From Candidatus Saccharimonadota bacterium (GTDB taxonomy: Bacteria; Patescibacteriota; Saccharimonadia; Saccharimonadales; UBA10212), in NCBI GenBank assembly GCA_016176605.1, contig JACOWW010000002.1, positions 41,432 through 105,431 of the forward strand: a DNA stretch of 64,000 nt, written 5' to 3'. Position 1 is the stretch's first letter; the number at the start of each line of letters is the position of its first letter. Under the pieces are notes generated by a model. That model was given only the letters and a program-made list of their open reading frames with translations. It searched no databases and was not told the DNA's origin. The position numbers were made by a program, and so were the translations under genes. Of this stretch, positions 1 to 8,500 are shown piece by piece.

Positions 1-2
1 GA

Positions 3-491
3 GCAGATAAAAAGGTTAAGGTTAGACAACCTCTGAATTTACTAACATATTCATCTGAGAAAAGGCTGCACGAAGAGATAGAATCGATCATTTTAGATGA
101 AGCTAATGTGAAAAAAATTACTTTTGATCCCGAGTATAAGAAAATCGGTATTGCAATAGACAGCGAGCCTGCAGATATTAGACCTGCAATAGGTGTAATA
201 CTTGATACTGAATTAACGAGTGAGCTCAAAAACGAGGGGATAATGCGCGAATTAGTGCGGCATGTCCAAAATGCTCGTAAAAAGGCCGGTTTGAACGTCG
301 ATGACCGTATAAAATTGCGCCTAGAAACCGACTCCAAAGAGGTTAATGAAGCTATCAAACAGTTCAACAACACTATCTTTGCTGAAACCTTGACCATAGC
401 TGAATTAACAGGAGAAGGGGATTACTCCGAAACTGTCAAAGTCGAAGACCAAGAAGTAAAAATCAGCCTAAAAAGGGTCATAGGGTCATAG
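3..491 (+). CDS. ileS: isoleucine--tRNA ligase, C-terminal part (5' truncated by window)
   Basis: Frame open from base 3: KVKVRQPL...IILDEANVKKI...LDTELTSELKNEGIMRELVRHVQNARKKAGLNVDDRI, typical type 2 IleRS C-terminus. Confidence 0.9.
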   Translation, partial: ADKKVKVRQPLNLLTYSSEKRLHEEIESIILDEANVKKITFDPEYKKIGIAIDSEPADIRPAIGVILDTELTSELKNEGIMRELVRHVQNARKKAGLNVDDRIKLRLETDSKEVNEAIKQFNNTIFAETLTIAELTGEGDYSETVKVEDQEVKISLKRVIGS

Positions 492-550
492 GGTCATAGG
501 GTCATAGGGTCATAGGGTCATAGGGTCATAGGGTCATAGGGTCATAGGGT
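475..550 (+). repeat. perfect octamer tandem repeat (GGGTCATA)x9
   Basis: Nine exact units at 475-546 plus GGGT, overlapping the ileS stop; CCCTA-rich partly complementary tract follows at 561-600. Confidence 0.95.
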
Positions 551-679
551 TAGAGAAAACTATACCCCTATACCCCTCTCACCCTACAGCCCTCGCCCTA
601 ATGTATTTATTACCATTTTAGCTTGATTATCTGCGGTGTATAATTCAAGGTCCAATAACAAATAAAAAAGGGGGCAATT

Positions 680-881
680 ATGATGGTGCGACGCTGCGAC
701 ATTTGTAAAAAAGTTATAGATTTTCAAAAAAAGGAACTATCTAGACATTAGCCGTGCAATGTATCCAAGGATAGAAATTTGCCTACCTTGTGCCGAACCA
801 ATTATTCATGTTTTAAAGAGAAATAAGTTGCTGCCTAAGAGGTTATTAAAAAACCTACAGCCTACTGCTTCTGAGGTGTAA
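680..881 (+). pseudogene. small CxxC...CxxC zinc-binding protein, frameshifted at an A7 run
   Basis: MMVRRCDICKK... stops at 751; the +1 frame continues NYLDIS...EICLPCAEPII to TAA at 881; A7 at 726-732. Confidence 0.55.
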
Positions 882-954
882 CTGGGTTGGAATACTCCTT
901 TGCAAGGAGGTTTCTTGTAAATAACAGGGGTAAAGGGGAAACATAAGCAGGGTA

Positions 955-983
955 TTGACAAAATAACGAGATTATGCTAATAT
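955..983 (+). promoter_or_regulatory. sigma70-type promoter
   Basis: TTGACA-17 bp-TAATAT with TG extension. Confidence 0.7.
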
Positions 984-1042
984 GTGCTTTGCTTAATCAC
1001 TGAGGTGGTTGGGCAGCACATTTACAGATTGAAGCCTAGAGT

Positions 1043-1094
1043 TTGCCGGGAGCAAATTGCAGATCGATATTGATCTGCAATTTGCTCTCGGCAA
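1043..1094. repeat. long inverted repeat in 5' leader
   Basis: TTGCCGGGAGCAAATTGCAGATC / GATCTGCAATTTGCTCTCGGCAA. Confidence 0.8.
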
Positions 1095-1127
1095 TCCCGC
1101 CGAAGCAATTTCTCCAGAGGAGGAGAG

Positions 1128-1628
1128 ATGATTCATGACTACAGGTATCAGGAAGTCGCCCGGCTTTTTTCCGGAGTCTTGAAACACTCCGGGATCAAGC
1201 CCCGCTTCTCCGCCTACCCCTTCGTTTCGCAAGAGGCGAAGAAGGTCGGCGGCCGTGAGATACTGTCAGACAGCACCTCCCACAGGCCGGTTCACTGGCA
1301 TCTCCCCGACGGCGGAGTAGTCCGCTACGTCGGGCCAGTGCTTGTCAACCAGTGGTCACCACTGGTTGAGACGGTTCTAAACCGCGCAGCGGCGCGGCGG
1401 ATCGTCGCCGAGGTCACCTACGTCACGGTGACCGAGGAGCGGGCTCGCCAGCTCGCCGCTCTGTCTTCCCTCGACATGAATCGGAGGGAGCTCAATAAGC
1501 TGGCCCTGGAGCACGGACTTCAGGGCCCCCCGGTCATCTTGGCCGGACTGGTCGAGACCAACGAGATCGCCTATGGGGCGGTCGAGGAAGTCCTGGCCGA
1601 GCGGCGTCGGGCAACCATCGCCGCCTAG
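1128..1628 (+). CDS. hypothetical protein (GC-rich islet)
   Basis: 166-aa ORF with strong SD GAGGAGG; GC visibly higher than the flanks. Confidence 0.7.
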   Translation: MIHDYRYQEVARLFSGVLKHSGIKPRFSAYPFVSQEAKKVGGREILSDSTSHRPVHWHLPDGGVVRYVGPVLVNQWSPLVETVLNRAAARRIVAEVTYVTVTEERARQLAALSSLDMNRRELNKLALEHGLQGPPVILAGLVETNEIAYGAVEEVLAERRRATIAA

Positions 1629-2007
1629 CAAGGGGGGAACGGGTCCTTCGGGACCCGACTGAGAAAGATTTGAGCGCTTTTTGGTTCGGCTCCTTCGAGA
1701 GCTGATCCGACTGATAGGAGCGCGCTCCTCCAAACGGAGCGCCGCCCGGCGCTCATCTAGGTTTCACTAGATCCAGCACACTCCCGCTGGTAGGCCCAAC
1801 TACCGGATGAACATCCGCTAGTCGCGGGGCCGCTCGAGGCGGAGAAGTGCTGGTTGTCAGGACGTGTCATGGCACATAGGCCACAAGAACGGCACGTGCG
1901 ACACAATCTGACAAAATCCCCGGGAGGACGAAGGGGCGGACGCAGGCGGCGTCCCCCTTCGTCCCTCTCGGGCGCAACACTTTAGATGACCCGGGAGGGT
2001 CTTTTTT
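1629..2007 (+). ncRNA. candidate structured non-coding RNA or long 3' UTR
   Basis: Many nested stems (GGGTCC-TTCG-GGACCC; CCAGCAC..GTGCTGG; TTGTCAG..CTGACAA; GGACGAAGGGG..CCCCTTCGTCC), ending in GACCC-GGGA-GGGTC-T6. Confidence 0.35.
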
Positions 2008-2106
2008 ATACCAAAGTTCTATAACCCTACAACCCTACAACCATTGTAAAATGGGTTTTCATCTGTTAAGCTCTAGTCTGACTAATATTATTTTTGAGAG
2101 AAGAAA

Positions 2107-2445
2107 ATGGCAGAAAAAACAGCCAAAAAGGCAGTCATTGCGACTGGCGGACATCAATATCTGGTGTGGGAAGGTCAAGAACTCGAGGTTGAGAAGCTCG
2201 ATAGTACCAAAAAACTTGAGTTTGAGGCCATGCTGGTGATTGACGGTGAAAATATCAGCATCGGTGCGCCGGTGGTTGCTGGCGTGAAAGTAACTGCCGA
2301 AATTGTTGAGGAAGAGGTCAAAGCTGATAAGATCGTGGCTATCCGTTTTAAGGCTAAAAAACGGGTGCACAAACGACGCGGCCACAGACAAAAATTGACC
2401 AGGATTCGCATTGCTAAGATAAGCATATCTGCCCTCAAAAAATAG
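2107..2445 (+). CDS. rplU: 50S ribosomal protein L21
   Basis: AVIATGGHQYLV...KRRGHRQKLTRIRI motifs. Confidence 0.97.
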   Translation: MAEKTAKKAVIATGGHQYLVWEGQELEVEKLDSTKKLEFEAMLVIDGENISIGAPVVAGVKVTAEIVEEEVKADKIVAIRFKAKKRVHKRRGHRQKLTRIRIAKISISALKK

Positions 2446-2573
2446 TTCGCAAAAACCGTCGCAAAAAAACGTTCCGTAACACTTGACAGCGGGACGCTTA
2501 TGCTTAATACTGGAAAGCGTACACTTTTATATACGCGCGCGTATAGAAAACCAAAACGTACACAAAGAAAAAA

Positions 2574-5500
2574 ATGGCTCTGCAAAACAAAATATGCGTA
2601 GGCTGTAGTAAGCAATTCGAGGGCCGCCCGAATGCCAAGGCCTGCTCTTCGAAATGCCGCAAACGTTTTTTTAGGGCCCGTCAGGCCGTTAAGCAGGAAG
2701 TCGAAAAGCTAGCCGAGCTGCGCGATGAAATAAAGCAAGATATTCACGGCAGCCTGTCACTGCCGCAATTGGCGCCAGCTGTGGCTGATGAGGTTGCGGA
2801 AGACTCCGAGCTAGAAAGTCCCACAGATAACCAGCCGCCATTTTTAGATGATTTAAGTTCTTCGCAGGCCGTTATGGCACCGAAAGAGACTCAAGCTGCA
2901 CCACCTGTGAGCCAAGATCCTGTTCAGCCCTCTGTTCAAACATCCTTCCAACCGGTTGAAGAGCCGGTTTTCTCACAACCGCCAATAATTTCACTGGAAC
3001 CGCCGCCGCCAGCCCCGGATAAATGGGAGCAGTTGCAAAATTCCTGGCAAAACCCGGCCGTTGTTCCGGCACCCCAGGAAAACGCACAGGCACAAGCCCC
3101 CGTCGTTGATAACGCACCGGCCCAGGCGCCAACCATTCCTGGAAGCGGGGAGATTCAGGTACCCGCACTCCTAGAGTCTACGCCGTATGAGGCACCGACC
3201 CTTGAAAACGCGCCGTCGTCTCCTGTGATCGTGCCTGAAATGCCGGCGGCGCCTAAAGGCCCAACTAACTGGTTCAAAAATAAACCGCTGAGCGTTACCC
3301 TGGCTTTTGTGGTACTTATCAGTCTGGCGTCGGGCGTTTTTGCTATTACCGGTCTGTTGCGCGGGTCCCCGGAAAACCAGACTGGCTTAAGCTTGCAGCA
3401 AGATACCACCGATGACAGTTTACTTAACGTCAAAGACGCCAAGCTGACACTAAACCTCGATACTACGATAGTCACTAAACTGGGTATTGGCACCGTGCCG
3501 ACCGGTGATGCCAGTCTTCAAGTGGCCGGCGACATCCAATCCACCGCCACTATTTTTGCCAGCGGCGGCGGCTCTTCGCTCAGTAACGCCGGTTTGACCA
3601 TCAACAATGTGGTAGTTTGTACGGCAGCCGGCTGTGCCAGCAACGTAGCCGGCGTCAATGTGTTATTGCAAAATGCGGTACTTGGCACCCAACAGATTGG
3701 CAACATATACATTTCGGGAACGGTCACGGCCGGTAATTTTTCGGGCAGCGGTGCCGGTTTAACAGGAGTTAATGCTGCTAAACTGGAAGGCAACGCCGCC
3801 AGTTTCTTTACCAACGCCAGTAATTTAAACACCGGTACGTTGGCTGATGCGCGCTTGAGTTCCAATGTTTCACTGCTTGGACAAACAATTGATTCAGGCG
3901 AGATTTTGGATGGCACGATCACCAACGTAGACATTGCGGCCGGTGCGGCGATTACTTATGCCAAACTCAACTTAGCGGCTTCGATAACTAACACCGACAT
4001 AGCCACGGGCGCAGCTATAGCTTATAGTAAATTGAATCTGGCCGGCTCGGTTGTCAGCACCGATATAACTGACGCTACGCTGGTGAACGCTGATATTGCC
4101 GCCGCCGCCGCCATTGACTGGAGTAAAATCAACAAAGCCGGTTCCTCTTTGGCCGATCTAACTACCCGCTCAGCGTCCGATTTGACTTCTGGTACTTTAG
4201 CTATCGCCCGTGGCGGCACAGGCGCCGGTACGGCCCAGGCCGCCATAGATAATCTTTCCGGCTTAACCACCACTGGCGATTTACTCTACTATGACGGAGC
4301 TAACTCCACGCGTTTGGCTCGGGGCGCCAACGGCAACTGTTTACAAAGCAGCGCGATAAGCATTGCTTGGGTAGCTTGTGCTGGCCTGATCAATCTGCAA
4401 AACGCCTACGACAACGGCAACACCATTACCACCTCTGATGCCCGCAACCTGACTCTAACCTTCGCCGACACGGCCACCGACGCCAACCTAGTCGTCTCCA
4501 CAGCTACCGGTTCGACTGGTTTCACCACCATCTCTAGAGCTGATGGCGCCGGCACGGCTGACCCGGCCCAGCTGCTGCTGATAGACAACCTAGACCTTGA
4601 TCGGGCCCAGCCAATTGGCTTAAAGCTGCAGAGTGCCGCCGGCGGCCTAACTACGGCCATTGACGCCACTGACCCGGAGATCGTCACCGCCTTAGCTATT
4701 GGCTCCAACACCATCACCACCACCACTACTACCATCGCCGCCACCGAACTGGATCTGCTGGACGGCCACGACGTGGCCCTGGTCGACACCAATGACGCGG
4801 TGGCTACGGCTATCATTGGCAGCGGCGCCTTAGCTAGCGGCTCTATCGCTGCCGGCTTTGGCACTATTTCCACCGCCAACACCATCACCGGCACCACCCT
4901 CAACGGTACTACCGGTATTAACACCGGAGCCGGGGCCGGCACTCAGCGAATAGATTTATCTGGCAACCTGGTTAATATTGGTAACATTACCGGCACCGGC
5001 GCCATTATCCTCAGTGCTACCAATGCCGCCTTAACCCTGCAAACCACCACCTCTGGCAACATTGTCATCAATGGCGCCGGCAGCCTGGATGTCCAAGACG
5101 CCACTACTTTCGCTGGTACGGCCGGCTTTAATGGTGTAGCCACCTTCAATACAGATGTAGATATTACCCTAGCCGGTACCGAAAACCTGGCTATTACCTC
5201 TGATCTAGCTGGCACCGTCAACGTCCTTAGCCTAGTTGCCACACCCTCTGCCAGTGCCGGCACCACTAGAGGCTTTTTCATCCAACAAGCTGACAGCGCC
5301 AACACTAACGGCCTAGACCAGGCCCTGTACATCGACAATGCCGACACTAACCTAGCCATCCCAGCCGCTATTTCTATCCAAAACTCCGGCGGCGGCGGTT
5401 ACACCACCATTATTGACAACGCCGGCACCCTAATCTCCGGGGCTGAGCTTAACCTACTTGATGGCCACGACGTGGCCCTAGTCGACACCAATGACGCGGT

Positions 5501-8500
5501 GGCTACGGCCATAGTTGGTACTGGGGCCTTAGCGGCTGGTTCCTTGGCGGCCGGCTTCACCACCGTGGCTGTCGGCCAGGGCGGCACCGGCGCCACCACC
5601 TTTACGGCTAATGGCGTGCTGTACGGCAATACTACTGGCGCCATCCAGGTAACGGCTGCCGGTACTACTAACCAGTGTTTAATCGCTACCACTGGCGCTG
5701 CCCCAAGTTGGGGCAGCTGTGCCGGTGCCACAACCACGTTGCAAAACGCCTACGATAACGACGGTGATGGCAGTGACAGCATAATCGCGCTGACTACTGC
5801 CGACGATTCCCTCATTTTCCGTAACCCAGCCGCCGGCGGCAGTGACTCCACTTACATTCTGACCTTAGATCAACTATCCACCGGCGCTAGGGGCGGCTTG
5901 TCCATCCAATCGGCCGGCACCAGCAACCTTTTGCTTATTACTGATACCACCGCTACCGCCAGTGACGTAATGACAATCGCTGACGGTGGCGCCACCACCT
6001 TTAAAAACCAGACCAACTCCACCACTGCCTTCCAGATTCAAAACGCCGCGGGGACGAGCTTGCTGACAGCCGATACGTCAAACTTACTGGTGACGGTTGG
6101 TGGCGACTTGAAGATTGGCCAATCTACAGACGTTTGGTCTAAAGCATCCCAAGCCACGGCTGGCACCATTGCCAGCGGCGGCACCTCGGGTATTGATCGA
6201 GTTCATGGGATGACGGCAGTCTACAATGGCAGCCTCTACGTTGGCACCGATAAAACCAACGCCGCCGAGGTCTACCGCTACGACGGCGGCACCACCTGGA
6301 CCAAGGTGAGTCAAGCCACGGCTGGCACTATTGCCAGCGGCGGCACCGCAAGTATTGATGGTATTAATACTATGACAATCTACAATGGCAGCCTCTACGT
6401 TGGCACTCTTGAAGCCAGTGCCGCCGAGGTCTACCGCTACGACGGCGGCACCACCTGGACCAAGGTGAGTCAAGCCACGGCTGGCACTATTGCCAGCGGC
6501 GGCACCGCGCTTATTGATCGAGTTCATGGGATGACAGTCCACAACGGCAGCCTCTATATTAACACTCAGAAAACCAACGCCGCTGAGGTCTACCGCTACG
6601 ACGGCGGCACCACCTGGACCAAAGTGAGCCAAGCCACGGCTGGCACTATTGCCAGCGGCGGCACCGCAAGTATTAATAGTGCTCATACGGCGGCAGTCCA
6701 CAACGGCAGCCTCTATATTGGCACTCAGAAAACCGGCGCCGCTGAGGTCTACCGCTACGACGGCGGCACCACCTGGACCAAGGTGAGTCAAGCCACGGCT
6801 GGCACCATTGCCAGCGGCGGCACCGCAAGTATTGATCAAATTCATGGAATGGCAGTCCACAACGGCAGCCTCTACGTTGGCACCGAGAAAGCCAATGCCG
6901 CCGAGGTCTACCGCTACGACGGCGGCACCACCTGGACCAAGGTGAGCCAAGCCACGGCTGGCACTATTGCCAGCGGCGGCACCGCAAGTATTGATGGTAT
7001 TAATACTATGGCAGTCTACAGTGGTAGCCTCTTCCTTGGCACTCTTGAAACCGACGCCGCCGAGATCTACCGCTACGACGGCGGCACCACCTGGACTAAA
7101 GTCTCGCAAGCTACTGCCGGAACAATTATGAGCGGCGGAACAACGCTTGTTTCTGGCGTTCAGGCTTCGGCCGTCTATAATGGCAAGCTCTATTTTGGTA
7201 CCTTTAAAACCGGTGCGGCTGAAGTTTACGGTTATAGCGCCGTAGCGACACTAAGTACCAATGGTAGCAACGGACTTAACGTTGAGATCAATGGCACCTC
7301 GGTGGCTAGCTTATCCAAAGCCGGTGCGGGACTATTCCAAAATTCCACCAACTCTACTACTGCCTTCCAGGTGCAAAACTCCGCAGGGGGGCAGCTCTTT
7401 AATATAGATACCACCAACGCCGTACTTACCTTAAACGGTGTCAACGGCGCCGCCTTGCAAGCCTGGCAGACCAACGATTCCAGCGGCTTTACGGCCTACG
7501 GAGAGTTAGCCACCGCCGCAGCTAACGGCTATATTTATAGAATCGGCGGTTCGCCGGATGGCAGCGCCGGCGTCACCTCTGTTATTTACGCTAAGATCAA
7601 CGCCAGCGGTTCAGTTGGTACCTGGAACTCTACCAGCGCTTTGCCTACCACCCTTTCGGATCAGGGGGCAGTGGCGGTCAACGGCTATGTGTACGCGGTC
7701 GGCGGCTGGAATGGCACAGTAGTAGTAGACTCGGTCTACTACGCCAAAATCAACCCTGACGGTACCTTGGGCAGCTGGACAGCCACTTCTTCGCTAACTG
7801 CGGCCAGGGGACAACCCGGCGTGGTGGCCGCTGGCGGTTATGTTTACGCGGTTGGCGGCTATAACAGTACCGCTCAAACTACAGTGTACTATGCCAAAAT
7901 TAATGCTGATGGAACTTTGGGCACTTGGGCAACCACTTCGGCGCTGTCTGTCGCCCGGGCCTTTGGCGGCGCGGCCGTCGCCAATGGCTATGTTTACTAT
8001 ATGGGAGGCGATGATGCCGCCGCCGCCGCCAGCAACGTGGTCCAGTACTCCCAGATCAACGCCACCGATGGCACCTTGGCGGCATGGGCTACCACCTCGA
8101 CTCTGCCCAGCGCTGCCACGCATGTACCGGCCGCAACGCTCAACGGCTACCTTTATACTATAGGTGGCAAAATTTCCGGTAACCCCAGTAGCACGGTTTC
8201 TTACGCCAAGCTCAACGCCAACGGTACCACCGACGCTTGGGCCAACGACACTAACACCTTGCCAGCGGCGATTCAATTCTCCGGCGCGGCTACCTATAAT
8301 GGCTACCTATATTCGCTGGGCGGGTACACCAACGCGGCCGGCACTACGCCAACCTCGGCTGTCTACTATGCCTCGGCCTCCCGTATCAAAGTGGCCGGCT
8401 CGCTGGATTTGGTCGGCACTAGCGGCCAAACACTGGCCGATAGCGGCAGCGGCGGCAGTCTAACTGCCGGCAATACCAGCATTATTGGCAGCCTGCAGGT

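Noticed and set aside
475-550. CRISPR array
   Set aside because: Contiguous 8-bp units with no spacers, and no cas genes in the window
726-734. -1 programmed frameshift at A-AAA-AAG
   Set aside because: The -1 frame stops after three codons; the continuing frame is +1
6084-7109. 341-aa minus-strand ORF and similar antisense ORFs across the giant gene
   Set aside because: Shadow frames of a repetitive GC-rich coding sequence
6130-7235. DGR template/variable repeat pair within the giant gene
   Set aside because: All units are coding, and their differences are not confined to adenines
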